From Octopus sinensis (Eukaryota): a stretch of 64,000 nucleotides of DNA. Below, piece by piece: positions 12,760 through 26,404 of this stretch (positions are counted from its first letter, which is position 1; every line of letters starts with the position of its first letter). The notes under the pieces are model-generated. The model ran no database searches. It worked only from the letters and a program-made list of their open reading frames with translations, and was not told the DNA's origin. The stretch is taken from the NCBI RefSeq assembly GCF_006345805.1, contig NC_043002.1, positions 70,804,001-70,868,000 of the forward strand, read 5' to 3'. The position numbers and the translations under genes were made by a program.

Positions 12760-13300
12760 ATGCGGAAAGTACTAGAGGCTTACAAAATCTCCGCCAGTGT
12801 GACTCAGAAATGAACTGAGATGAAGCAGTCCTTCACAGGTCTGATAAAATCGGAATGCGGCAAGGAAGACCTTGATGGTATTCTACTGATCGAAGGCAGC
12901 GAGCTGGCAGAAACGTTAGCACGCCGGGCGAAGTGCGTAGCCGTGTTTCGTCTGCCATTACGTTCTGAGTTCAAATTCCGCCGAGGTCGACTTTAGCTTT
13001 CATCCTTTCGGGGTCGATTAAATAAGTACCAGTTACGCACTGGGGTCGATATAATCGACTTGTCTGTCCTTGTTTGTCCTCTCTGTGTTTAGCCCCTTGT
13101 GGGTAGTAAAGAAATAGGTATTCTACTGATCGACAGTCGTGCCTGACCTAAGAGACAACGGACCAGATTATGATTTTCGGTTTAATGTAGAAGGGACACG
13201 TTCTAAATCTATCAGATGCAACGAATAACTATCTGAGGACAGCAAAACACCTTTGCAATCATGCATTGTAGTTGAGTTATCTGCTAGGCTGGCTATAACG
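12760..13300 (+). pseudogene. Possible very old RTE-like RT remnant, split by a SINE
   Basis: With the SINE removed it reads HMRKVLEAYKISASVTQK*TEMKQSFTGLIKSECGKEDLDGILLIDSRA, loosely like the RT segment preceding the GVxQGD motif. Many stops. Confidence 0.25.
12894..13122 (+). mobile_element. SINE family B, single copy with 17-bp flanking direct repeat (TSD)
   Basis: ggtattctactgatcga at 12877-12893 and 13117-13133; head gcgagctggcagaaacgttagcacgccgggcg. Confidence 0.92.
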
Positions 13301-13479
13301 ATGAAGACAATAAAACTGATGCGGTCATAGTTGGTGCATACTGTCTTTCTTTCGACATAGTTACTATCGTGGGTCAAGTGCAGGGATAAGAGTAAGAGTT
13401 CAGAGGAGAGTCGTTGACTTTTACTGCGCTTTATGAAATATAGCTTCAAGTATGTGGATTTGCAGAGCTAAATTTACTC

Positions 13480-13660
13480 TCTGTAGATAAGCGATTGCTT
13501 ACTCTGTAAACACATAATATAAGACGAATAATATTCGTTATTTAGAATGAATATGAATTCTAAGTCATCTTCTCTAGGAAAGGGGCATTGATGTCGAAAG
13601 CTGACAAGAGTTACAACAAGTAATATATCACTGAGAAAGATTTCAATAGGAGGAATGTAG
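13480..13660 (-). repeat. Dispersed repeat, inverted partner of 10150-10330
   Basis: Reverse-complement similarity to 10150-10330. Confidence 0.85.
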
Positions 13661-13899
13661 CAGAGAGGGAGCACGTATATTCTGATACGACAGAGATGAG
13701 CCCAGGACTTTGAGTGAAGGTTTGTTTATGGATTACTCTGTGTCTTCAGTTCGCGAACATTAACTCCCTTTCTGTGGTTGATACTTTTATGGCTTTCAGT
13801 TATTTTGTTGCTTTTCAATTGTTTTGTCTTCTATTTTTACTCGACTTAAACTGTTCCCACTGGTTCTAAACATCTCAAACACCCAGGAGCCATACAAAT

Positions 13900-14210
<311 letters not shown>

Positions 14211-14639
14211 ATTTCTGTCAAATATAGATAATCGTATGACTATCGTTGCAGAGAATTTGTTTGTTATTTTTCTACACAATTTAATTAAAATAAATATAAT
14301 TTCATTTATAATATTGCCATCAGGGAACCTGTCTCGAAAACCCGTCTCGAATATTTCTGCAGAAATTTAGGTTGGTCATTTTGAAACATTTTAATTATAA
14401 ATTTGTTTTGTTTACATATAACCTATAACGCCTAATAGTGACCAGAGAGAAACCCCAAGAGAAACTCAATTGAATGTAACAACACTGAAAGCAACAAAAT
14501 AAAGAGAAAATAAATCCAAATTTAATGACTCGGCAAAACATTAACGTTTTTACAAAAAGGAAAAAAAAATGATATCTTGACAGAAAGCATTAATATTGGT
14601 TCCAATACTCTAAGTGGTAGAGCGATCAAGAGCACCAAA

Positions 14640-15810
14640 GTCAGCAACATTACCATTATCAGCAACAACAAAAACAGCAGCAGCAGCAAAAGCAGAAACA
14701 GTAACAACAGAAGTAGCAGCGGCAGTAACAACAACAGCAACAGCAGCAGCAGCAGCAGCAAAAACCACAAAAACAACAGAAGTAGCATCAATATCAACAA
14801 CAACAACAAGAGCAAGAACAACAACAGCAACAATATCAGCAGCAGCAGCGGCAGCAGAAACAACAACAGCAGCAGCATCAACGACAACAAAAACAGCAGT
14901 AGCAGAGGCAGCAACAACAGCAACAACAACAACAGCAACAACAACAGCAACAACAGCAAGAACATCAGCAGCAGCAGCAGCAGCGACAACAGCATTAGCA
15001 GCAACAACAACAACAGTTGCAGCGGCTACAACAACAGCAGCAACAACAACAACAGCAAGAACATCACCAGCAGCGACAACAACAGCATTAGCAGCAACAA
15101 CAACAGCATTAGCAGCAACAACAACAGCAGTAGCAGCGGCTACAACAACAGCAGCAACATCAACAACAACAACAGCAACAACAACAAGAACAGCAACAAC
15201 AACAACAGCAACAACAACAGCAACAAGAGCATCAGCAACAAGAACATCAGCAACAAGAACATCATCATCATCAGCAGCAGCAGCAACAACAGCATTAGCA
15301 GCAACAACAACAGCAGTAGCAGCGGCTACAACAACAGCAACAACATCAACAACAACAACAGCAACAACAACAAGAACAGCAACAACAACAACAGCAACAA
15401 CAACAACAGCAACAAGAACATCAGCAACAAGAACATCATCATCATCAGCAGCAGCAGCAACAACAACAATAGTAGTAGCAACAACAACAATAGCAGAAGC
15501 CGCAACAGCAGCAGCGGCAGCGGCAACAACAGCTGCAGCAACAATAGCAGCATCAGCAGCAACAGCAGCAGCAGCGATAACTGGAGAGCAACAACAACAG
15601 CAACAACAACAGCAATAGCAACAACAACAACAACAACAATAACAACAGCAGCAGTAGCGGCAACAACAACAGAAACTACTACAAAAAATAATAATAGTAA
15701 GAACATCATCAACGACGACATCAACAAAAAAAATGCAGTAGTAATATTAACAACAATAGCAACAACAGTAACACCACCACCACCAACAACAACAACAGCG
15801 AAAAGAGCAT
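14640..15810. repeat. 1.2-kb interspersed CAA/CAG/GCA repeat with higher-order duplication
   Basis: gcagcggctacaacaacagc recurs near 15019, 15133 and 15321. A ~180-bp block is duplicated at ~15100-15280 and ~15290-15470. Confidence 0.95.
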
Positions 15811-16559
15811 GAAACGACGTGAATAATAGCAAAAATAAAAGACTGTCGCACAAGAATTTTGCCAAGCGAAAATGTCAGCGGAAATTGCAGAGACACTTAG
15901 TGGCGCAGGCCCTGGGTTGAAAAACAATTGTTAGTCAAAAGAGGAATCGTGTTGGCGAGGGAAGCATTGTCGTGAAGTGTCAAAGAAGACGGCGTCCACA
16001 TACCAGAATTTGTTCAAGAACGAGAAGCTTTGAAAGACTGAATCTCTTGGAAACAAGGCAATTTTTTATGCGTCCTTGAAAAAATCCTAGTGGACGAAAC
16101 CCTTCCTAATGTGTGCAATGTTTCACATTTTATCTAGATGGGTGAAATATGGAGAAGTATATCCCTGGTTTTTTCCAGAGTGAGGGTAAGATGCACACAT
16201 AGAACAATAGAGGGAAGTGACAATCATTGTTATCGTCTGCTATATTTGGTCTTGGCCTGTTGTCACTTTGTAATATAATGTGCCTAATGCGGCACAGTTA
16301 TCGAAAATTGGTATGGGGCGGAAATCAGTCGGTAGCCCGAATGACTATTGACTGCGCCAGGGACATTCTGATTCTAACACTTTTCGAGGATACAGAAATA
16401 AAAGCAACAATACAGGTGCTCCAGAACAGACGCGCTAACTATTACATTTCCAGTAGTAAAATCGCTGAATGTTTTCTACCGTTTGGAATTCCATATGGCA
16501 GAGATAGAAAAAAAGAAAAAAAAAACAAGAGAGAGAGAGAGAGAGGGTGTATGTGCCTC

Positions 16560-16930
16560 AACTAGTCGTAGTCTCTAGCCAGTTCACTGCAGGAGAAAGA
16601 AACTCATCCATTTCTCAGTATCCACGAATTTCTAGTGTTAGTGACATTGAGAAAGTATCGATTGCATTTGATTCCATTGCGGCTCACTCCGGAGCACGAC
16701 TATGGCACACTGGAACCAGTGATGGGAGCGGTCAAGAGCTTCAACTGCGCGTGCTGCCGTCTCTCGTCAGCTCTTTTCGTCCTGTTTTCCCTTTTGCTCT
16801 AAGCAAGGTCCTTAATGACCATTTATACCACAAGTATTAAAACTAGGGCTCCGATTTATGGACACCAAATTTGTTCGCTTTCCTTTCCATTGTCTGTATT
16901 TCCTCCCGAGCAATTGAAATTGAGAGATTT
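16560..16930 (-). mobile_element. Possible degenerate RTE LINE 3' end
   Basis: Minus-strand frames show a basic stretch (SKRENRTKRADERRQHAQ) followed by Cys/His residues, as at RTE ORF C-termini. Multiple stops and frameshifts. Confidence 0.3.
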
Positions 16931-17135
16931 TTCACAAAATATTTACATCACGGATAAGAGTACAAAACCAATCGAAGAAGAAAGAAAGGAATGAGGAAAA
17001 TATGTTGATCATGAAAATAATCCCTGACTTTTGAAGTTCCCATGTAAAAGAGTATTAATAAAAGAAGAAAACACGAGCAGTATATGACACAGAAGGACAA
17101 CACGCATATTCGTGAAGCGTTCCATATTTTTCCAT

Positions 17136-17530
17136 AGACGTAGGAGTGGGTGTGTGCTAAGTAGCGTGCGTGGCACCTTGGGCAAGAGACTTCTACTATA
17201 GCCTCGGGCCGACCATAGACTTGTGAGTGGATCTGGTAGACGGAAACTGAAAGAAGCCCGTCGTATATATGTATGTATATATATATATATATACAAGTAT
17301 ATGTATGTGTGTATATGTTTGTGTGTCTGCGTTTGTCCCTTCCCCCCAACATCGCTTGACAACAGATGCTGGTGTGTTTACGTCTCGGTAACCTGGCGGT
17401 TCGCCAAAAGTGTCCGATAGAATAAGTACTAGGCTTAAAAAAAGTATAAGTCCTGTGGTCGATTTGCTCGACTAAAGGCGGTGCTCTAGCATGACCACAG
17501 TCACATGACTGAAACAAGTAAAAGAGAAAT
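17136..17530 (+). mobile_element. SINE family A with head deletion
   Basis: Continuous similarity to the 23656-24040 copy, with an internal (TA)/(TG) tract. Confidence 0.9.
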
Positions 17531-18406
17531 ACAACTATGTAATTATGTTGACATTTTTCAAATAGTATAAAAGATTTCAAGCAGTGTGCAATATCAAACT
17601 TTGTTTTATGAAATTGTATCATTCAAGTGATTTAGTACATCTCATGAATAGTAACAAAATTGACTTTGTTAAATTACAGTCCTGCAGAGTATGTTGTGTT
17701 CGTAATAGCATTGTACAAGTATGACTATCATTTGAATATAATAATATAAAACGAAATTGTCAGAAAATTTGTATTAGGTACATATAAGAAAGTGAAGATG
17801 CTATATTAATGGAGACAGTTGTGGCTCTCTTAGGAGTGAATTACAAGCACGAACGTGTATAATAGTGGTTTAAAAATCATACAGATAGCAAGTGAAAGTA
17901 TTTTTAGGATCTCCAGAACGAGTTATTATCGAAATTATTTGTACCAAGTGATAGCGTTGAATCGATTGGATTTAAGAAAAGGAAACGAAACGAAATGAAG
18001 TATGAATTAAATGACGACAAAATTGAAAAGCGAAACGTAGACTATTGAAAGAAATGCAAATGATAGTGTAAGAAAGTAAAAGTTACAAATGTAAATTACT
18101 TCACTTGAGAATAATGTTTGCACTAGGTAGTATATAAAACTTGGTGAAACCGGGAATGATGACTCGTTGAATATAATCAGTACACCATTCATCGATTTTC
18201 TTTTTCTTTTGACATTAAAAAATAAAATTAATGCTACATACGCTTTTGAATCAGTTGGCAAACATTTTGAAACTAATTATGAATCTACCTTCAACTTGCT
18301 CATCTTGTATGATCCTCACGCGCGTTTACAAATAAAAAGAAAAGAAATGATGATTGATCTTGCTAACTTCCTACGTTATTTACTTATATACATACATACA
18401 TACACA

Positions 18407-18462
<56 letters not shown>

Positions 18463-18549
18463 GACATATACATATATATATACACATATTTCATTAGTAT
18501 CTACTCATATACACAAACGCTCGAATGATTACACACATGCATGCACACG

Positions 18550-18585
<36 letters not shown>

Positions 18586-19671
18586 GTGGTGTTTTTTGTT
18601 TGTGCGTATGTGCATATTTAATTTTATATTCGAAAATCACATACACTAAACTAATAAGAAGCTCTTTTCTTCCCATTTGGACTTACGAGATCTTCAGGTC
18701 CTCGTGGTCTTGTAATATCTGATGCTTGATATATGGGCTACGATTGTTTATAGGGCGGTGCTTTCAAATGGCTGGAGTTGAAGAGGAGAATTAGCGATCG
18801 GTGTACTATGTTTCCTGTAAAACAAGCATATAAGATTTTGTATGTACATCAAATCAGCTTCTGAGGATGGTACACATTGTCCATGTTTAAAGGAGCAGAG
18901 AAATCATCAAGGAATACAAATAATGCATGCAAGACATGCTCCATATTTGGCCAATGGCTGTAGCATATCGTGGGACAGAATTGTAAATATGTTCATGCTT
19001 GTGAGATCAGTAACTACGTCATCCCATAGAAGTGAGTAGTAATTCTTTGTTAGGAGAAAAAGCAGCTTTAGGGATGTCAGCAATTGATAGAGGCAGATAT
19101 ATATTTGGCCGGGAAATGGAAAGCTAAATTTAAAAACAGAGGCTTAGCTCTTCTTAAAATGTGTTGTCTTCATGAAAAGTGAAATACGTTTGAAGGAAAT
19201 ATTTTAGGTGTATGTAGTTTCAGATTAGGGTGGATGCATAAATATTTTCCTGAGAGCAAATGTCTTTTTGCTGCTGAACACAAGTGTATTCTTGGTTGAT
19301 ATTTAGTAGTCATTTGCAGTCAATGTTTCGTAAACAATAATAAGCTAGTGATGTCAAGGGGAAGGAGGCATCAGTTCCAGAGTTCATGAACATGGTTTAG
19401 CTAAGACATAATATCTTTCACAATTACGTAATTAATACATGTACATATTATAGCGTTGATGGCATTGTCCTTCATATTTCTTCTCAAATATTACCAGGTA
19501 ATAGAGCTTGTAATGATGTAAACCTGTAATGGCACTCCATATTATGTGAAGCGCTTCTCGTTATATAATTAAACAGCACATATTTATTAATATATATAGA
19601 TATATACATATATATATGTGTGTGTGTGTGTACGTGTGTGTGTGTGTGCATGTGTATGCTTGTGTGTGCGG

Positions 19672-19738
<67 letters not shown>

Positions 19739-20219
19739 AGTGTGTGCGCGCGCGTGTTTCATGCTATGGCAAGTTTCATAATCACAGCGTCGATAAGGTT
19801 TCTGACTTCCGAATAACCAATTATTAATAGCTTCTGCCTCATGGAGCCGTGATCCCGTAATCATCAAATGTACTTAAATCTTATCTATTCCATTGCAAGA
19901 AAGAATAGGGATAATGATTAGGTGTAAAGTCAATTAATTGCAAACTGATGATTAATTTAATAATCTTAAGTACGGCATGCGAATGCAGCAAATGCTACAG
20001 TATGCATTATATCACTTGTAAGAGTGACAGAATTAGTGAAGAGCCGAATGATGGATGGATTGAGCTATATAAGATGCTTTGAGATATACAAGGCCTTTCA
20101 GTTCTAATTCCATCAGGATCGACATGTTTTCAATCTTTCGAATCAAGTATAATGCTCGTTTAGAGCAAATATTCTTGACTGAAAAACTAACAATTATCCA
20201 TCGAAAAAGACCTACAAGC

Positions 20220-20284
<65 letters not shown>

Positions 20285-20285
20285 G

Positions 20286-21570
20286 TAGACGACGGTGAAC
20301 AGGTGTGAACAGGTGTGGTCGCCGTTTGTGAGGGACGCTTTCCCGCAGCTCGTCTCCATGACCGAACTGCAGTCGTGGATCAAAAAGAGGCCGAGGAAGG
20401 GCGATTGGCACCGCGAGTGTCGCGTTGCTCTCAAGCAACTCTGCCGTCCCGGGTCGACCTTGAGTGACTTCAACACAACCAAAGCATTCTATAGGGGATT
20501 AGTGGAGGGGAGGTACGACGACGAGCTCGGGGCGAACCTGGACGTTGACGAGGAGTACCTGACCCGCCTGCTCAGGACGACTTTCGGGCCAGGGCCCATG
20601 GACATCTTCCAGAGATCCCTGGCCTGGCAGTGCTACCGAGAAGCGCTACCCGTTCGGGATAAGCTCTACAGACACGGCTCGAGAAACACGGGGCCGACCT
20701 GCCCGAGATGCGGTCAGAGCGACGAAACCGTTCTGCACGCACTCGTGCAGTGTCCAACAATTTCCGACCTGTGGGCTTATGTCGAACGACTGCTGTCACG
20801 TGTGGGACGAGTCGGTTTATCAGCTGAGTCTATCGTCAATATTGTCACGCCTCCTTCCTTCAAACGGGAAGGAAGAGCTATTTTCATCATCCTTGTGGCT
20901 ATGGCGAAAGAATGTATCTGGTGGACGCGTCTGAAAGGATGGAGACAAACACTTTCCTCTCTGGTAAATCTCTCATCAACTTCTTCAAGTACCACTTGAA
21001 AAGGAAAGTGAGAGTAGAGAGGCAAGTTTTGTCTAGCGAATGTTTTAAAAAAAGATGGGTGAATGTAGCAAGGATGGCACGTATGAATGACGAAGCCACC
21101 TTGAGCATAATCCTATGAACCCAGAAATTGAAAACAGAGGGTTACCCACTTGCAAACAAATGTGGTAACATATAACAATATTGACCAAGGTTACCGTGGT
21201 CTTTTTCGTAGGCTTTTCTTCCCACGGATAAACCTTACTTGCTTTCCCATTTACACCATATATCATAACACTGTGATACACGATCCCTATTGATCGTTTT
21301 TTTTTCCTCTTCCCCCTTTTTTTCCCCTTTTTTCTTCTTTTTCATTTCTCTTTCCTTTTGTTCCTTTTCCTTTTCTTTTTTTCTTTTTATTCCTTTTATT
21401 TTATTCAAATTTTTTTTTTGTTCTTTTCTTCCCTTTTACGATCCCTCTTGATTGAAAACCTACGCCACACCTTTTTTTTTTGTTTTTCGTTCTCTTCATC
21501 CCCCAAAAGAAAAGCTCTACCTTGTAACTTGTCCCATCTGTGTGCAGCCCTGTGTGGCCAATAAAGAAAC
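20286..21570 (+). mobile_element. 5'-truncated Tx1/L1-clade LINE: ORF2 C-terminal zinc-finger region and 3' UTR
   Basis: AWQCYREALPVRDKLYRHG...CPRCGQSDETVLHALVQCP is a zf-RVT-like CxxC-H-C. Frameshift near 20940 into ETNTFLSGKSLINFFKYHLKRK...SIIL* (21118). Ends ccctgtgtggccaataaagaaac + (TCTA)n; the 5' flank is also (TCTA)n. Confidence 0.88.
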
Positions 21571-21665
<95 letters not shown>

Positions 21666-21690
21666 AGAAGTTAACTGCCTGTCTATCTAT

Positions 21691-21768
<78 letters not shown>

Positions 21769-21789
21769 GTTTATCTATCTATGTTCCGT

Positions 21790-22048
21790 ATGCTTTTCTT
21801 TCCACGGTTAAACGCTATCTGCTACCCCCTTTACGCTTTGCATCATGACATTTCTGTGATATCCCTATGGATGTTTTTTTTGTTTCCTTTTTACAACCCC
21901 CTTTGATCGAAAACCTACCCCACTTTTATTTTCTGCCCCAAAAGAAAAGCTCTACTTTGTAATTTCTCCCGTTTGTCTTTAGCCCTATGTGGCTAATAAA
22001 GAAACATGTATGTATGTATGTATGTATGTATGTATGTATGTATGTATG

Positions 22049-22079
<31 letters not shown>

Positions 22080-22104
22080 GTATGTATGTATGTATATATG
22101 TATG

Positions 22105-22138
<34 letters not shown>

Positions 22139-22960
22139 TGTATGTATGTATCTATCTATCTATCTATCTATCTATCTAACTAACTGCATGTCTGTCTGAT
22201 CCTGTAAATCGTAAAAGAGATGGAGATAGCACTTTGCTCTCATGTGTTTATTTTCTCCCTGCCTGAGGTTACCGTGGTCTTTTCTGTAGGCTTTTCTTTC
22301 CACGGATGAACCTGATCTTGTTTCTTACTTTAAAAAAAAATTCTGTCTGTGATACCCGATCCCTTTTGATTGCTTTTTCTTATTTCCCGATCCCTTTTGA
22401 TCGAAATTTTACATTTGTTTCCTTTTTATTTCTTTTCCCTTTTCTGTCTACGAAAAGAAAAGCTCTACATTTGTATTTGTCCCCTCTGTGCCCAGGCCTG
22501 TGTGGCCAATAAACATAGCTATCTATTTATCTAGCTAAATTCATGACAGATTTTTGTTTGTGATACACGATCCCTTTTGATCGCTTTTTCTTATTTCCCG
22601 ATCCCTTTTGATCGAAATTTTACATTTGTTTCCTTTTTTTCTTTCTTTTCCCATTTCTATCTTCGAAAAGAAAAGCTCTACATTTGTATTTGTCTTCTCT
22701 GTGTCCAGCCCTGTGTGGCCAATAAAGACAGTCATCTATTTATCTAACTTCATGATAGATTTCTGTCTGTAATACATGATCCCTTTTGATCGCTTTTTCT
22801 TAATTCCCGATCCCTTTTGATCGAAATTTTACATTTGTTTCCTTTTTTTTCTTTTTCCTTTTCTATCTTCGAAAAGAAAAGCTCAACATAGGTATTTGTC
22901 CCCTCTGTGTCCAGCCCTGTGTGGCCAATAAAGATAGTTATCTATTTATCTATCTAACTT
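21790..22960 (+). mobile_element. Four additional 3'-UTR fragments of the same Tx1-like LINE
   Basis: Terminal ccctgtgtggccaataaa variants at ~21983, 22497, 22709 and 22915. Each is preceded by gaaaagaaaagctc.ac and followed by TCTA/TATG repeats. Confidence 0.88.
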
Positions 22961-23655
22961 ATCACTGATTTAAAAAATGTATAATTTAGATTTACTTTCT
23001 AAGAAAAGAAATTAGCACTTGCAAAATCATTGGATTTTTAAATTTATCCAGACCAGTCTCCGCCATATATTGGGAAATGAAGGCTGTAATGACGGTCGAA
23101 TTTGGGGTCTGATCTTCTTAATACTTTTAAGACAGTATACTTTTGCTAATTTCAGTCACAACTACGAAATAACTGTTTGGCAGTTTTAAGCATACCTAGT
23201 TTTTATTACGTTTTTAGAGATCTGATCACTTCGAAATACATTAGCATCCACACGGGAATTATTTTTGAGAAAAAGGAAAGAAGTGATAATTATCTTTATT
23301 AATGAACATGAAGCAAATGATCCTTAAGATAATAATAATGAGCATAACGATCAACTGATAACATTATCAATGTCGAGAATAAAGTTTGGTTGCAAGTTAA
23401 AGATTTCCATCGGAGTCTATCGAGGATTGATTTGAATGTAGTACGTTGTGCTTGAATTCTGAAAGATGAAAATCAAATCCAACATAGTAGAAATCATCAA
23501 TATAGTTTATATTTGGTATATCGATGACGGTTATGTATTTTGATTCATTTTTGCTTTGTTTCCGGCAATAAAATCATGAAATAATCTCTGCACATCAAGG
23601 CTTTAGCGACACGTCGTCAGCTAAAAAAAAATGAAAGTATAAATAAATAAATAAA

Positions 23656-24040
23656 TAGGCGCAGGTGTGGCTGTGTGGTAAGAAGCTTGCTTCCCAACCA
23701 CATGGTTCCGGGTTCAGTCCCACTGCGTGGCATCTTCGGCAAGTGTCTTCTGCTATAGCCTCGGGCCGACCAAAACCTTGTGAGATGGAAACTGAAAGAA
23801 GCCCGTCGTATATATGTATATATATATATATATGTGTGTTTATGTGCCTGTGTTCGTCCCCCTAGCATCGCTTGACAACCAATGTTGGTGTGTTTACGTC
23901 CCCGTCACTTAGCGGTTCGGCAAAAGAGACCGATAGAATAAGTACTGGGCTTACAAAGAATAAGTCCCAGGGTCGATTTGCTCGATTAAAGGCGGTGCTC
24001 CAGCATGGCCGCAGTCAAATGACTGAAACAAGTAAAAGAG
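23656..24040 (+). mobile_element. SINE family A, near full length
   Basis: Head ggcgcaggtgtggctgtgtggtaagaagcttgc...gggttcagtccc, through gactgaaacaagtaaaagag. (AAAT)n on both flanks. Confidence 0.92.
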
Positions 24041-24326
24041 AGTAAAGAGAGAAATAAATAAATAAATAAGAAAAGAGAAACAAATAACATAACCATAATT
24101 ATATTTCTATTTCTTTAATGCCAGAATATATAAAACAGATACCAAATGGGAGGAGCTCATCGTCCAACCTCAGCAGTAAAAGGGATTTGGATGAAGTATG
24201 TTCCTATGGATAAGGTACATTTAAATTAAGAACGAAAAATCTCGTTAGTGATTCTTTTAGATGTGATTGAAAGTAAAATTGCAAATATCCAAATGATAGA
24301 CTCAAAACTCACAGAGGTACACACTC

Positions 24327-24389
<63 letters not shown>

Positions 24390-24393
24390 GGCT

Positions 24394-24433
<40 letters not shown>

Positions 24434-24569
24434 AATATTCAGGTATACAAATATACATATATCTACATACAAACATACACATACACACACAGACATACAT
24501 ACATACATATATATATATATGCATGTATGAAACTTATATATACATATATACATTCTTATATATATACAT

Positions 24570-24690
24570 ATTGGCCTGCTCGCTTAGCCAGTGGGGTGGC
24601 GTCATTCGAAGGCTAAAACAATGCAAACGCATTGTGACCAGAGATATGTAGCAACATCTGACGGTCTGGTCGGTCATGTGATCACGTGAT
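24570..24690 (+). mobile_element. SINE tail fragment
   Basis: ggcctgctcgcttagcc...ggctaaaacaatg...gcattgtgaccag...ggtcggtcatgtgatcacg is the reverse complement of 34605-34735. Confidence 0.75.
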
Positions 24691-25089
24691 ATATATACAT
24701 ATATACTTTCACCCATTTACTATTCACATAACTATCTATCTGTTTATGTATGTATGTATGTATGTATGTATGTATGTATGTATGTATGTATGTATGTATA
24801 TGTATGTATCTATCTATCTATCTATCTATATATGTATCTATTTATTGATTTATTTAAATATATACATACATGACTGTACGTATAGGATTGCATGTGTGTG
24901 TACATTTTTGTGCATATATGCGTGTAAGAGTTTATGATTCTGGAATTAAAATATTCTCTACTTCAGAAACATGAAGTGTGTGAAAAAGAAAATAAGAAAT
25001 GTAGAAATTTTAAATATGTGCTGAAATGTGCAAGAAGAGGCGTTGATGAGTTTTGATTGCAGATAAAGTATTTGAAGTTTCTTGGAATA

Positions 25090-25120
<31 letters not shown>

Positions 25121-25121
25121 C

Positions 25122-25165
<44 letters not shown>

Positions 25166-25371
25166 CTGTATGCATATATGTATACACACATCTATATATA
25201 CATATATACACACACACACATTCACGCACACCTATATGACTGCGTGTTTTTTAGAACTGTCTGCGTCTCCGTATGTAATACAAATTCAGTAAGTAATTAA
25301 AAAACAACCATAACACAGAAATGTATAGGCATACATGCATATATAATTTACATGCACACATACATATATAT

Positions 25372-25437
<66 letters not shown>

Positions 25438-25926
25438 TTATACATACATATATAAATATATCTGTATATATAAATGTGTATGTATATATATATGTGAGTG
25501 GTGGGGTGTTTGGGTGTAACTGTAGATGTGTGTATATATATATCTGTATGTGAATATGCTATGTGTGTAAACTAGTATATGCGTACGTGTATAATTTTGT
25601 GTGAGACTTTATTTTTTCAGTTCCAAATATCGGTGTTTCTCATTCGATTCCGTGTCTTTTCTTTCCAATAATTATCTATCAATTCCTCCCATTTATTTTT
25701 ATTTTCAATTTTACTGTTCTGTCTCCATTTTCTAAGAACTCAACTACAGACAACTTAAATGTCTTTTATTTCTTTTACCACAATTATATACATATGTTCA
25801 TGACAGTCAGTAGAACTCGGTGATATTTACAATATATTGGTGAGTATGTAATATGTATGTATTTTATATAAATGATATATATTTATCTATGTATCTATCT
25901 ATATATACATATACATACATAAACAA

Positions 25927-26017
<91 letters not shown>

Positions 26018-26019
26018 CG

Positions 26020-26240
26020 AGCGATGATGGTGGGGAGACAAACACAGACACAAAGACTCATAAATATATACATATTTATATATAGACAACGGGCTTTCAG
26101 TTTCCGTCTATAAAATGCACTCACAACTCCACTCGGCACGAGGGCATAGTAAAAGACACTTTCCCAAGGTATCACGCAGTGACACTGAACCAAGAACTAT
26201 GTGGTTGGGAAGCAAGCTATTATCACACAGCTCTGCGCCA
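26020..26240 (-). mobile_element. SINE family A fragment (head and internal part)
   Basis: Reverse-complement head at 26190-26240 (cacagctctgcgcca); reverse complement of agacggaaactgaaag at 26095-26110. Confidence 0.7.
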
Positions 26241-26245
26241 ATATT

Positions 26246-26348
<103 letters not shown>

Positions 26349-26404
26349 ATGTATGAATGAATATATATATATATATATATAATCTTACTTTCGTAGCTTC
26401 ACTG

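Noticed and set aside
16138-16185. 48-nt plus-strand exon candidate (tctag|ATG...AGG|gtaaga)
   Set aside because: Good splice signals, but the peptide MGEIWRSISLVFSRVR is unrecognised and unlinked to other exons.
25807-25839. 33-nt plus-strand exon candidate with GTGAGT donor (SVELGDIYNIL)
   Set aside because: Weak acceptor and too short to support without transcript data.
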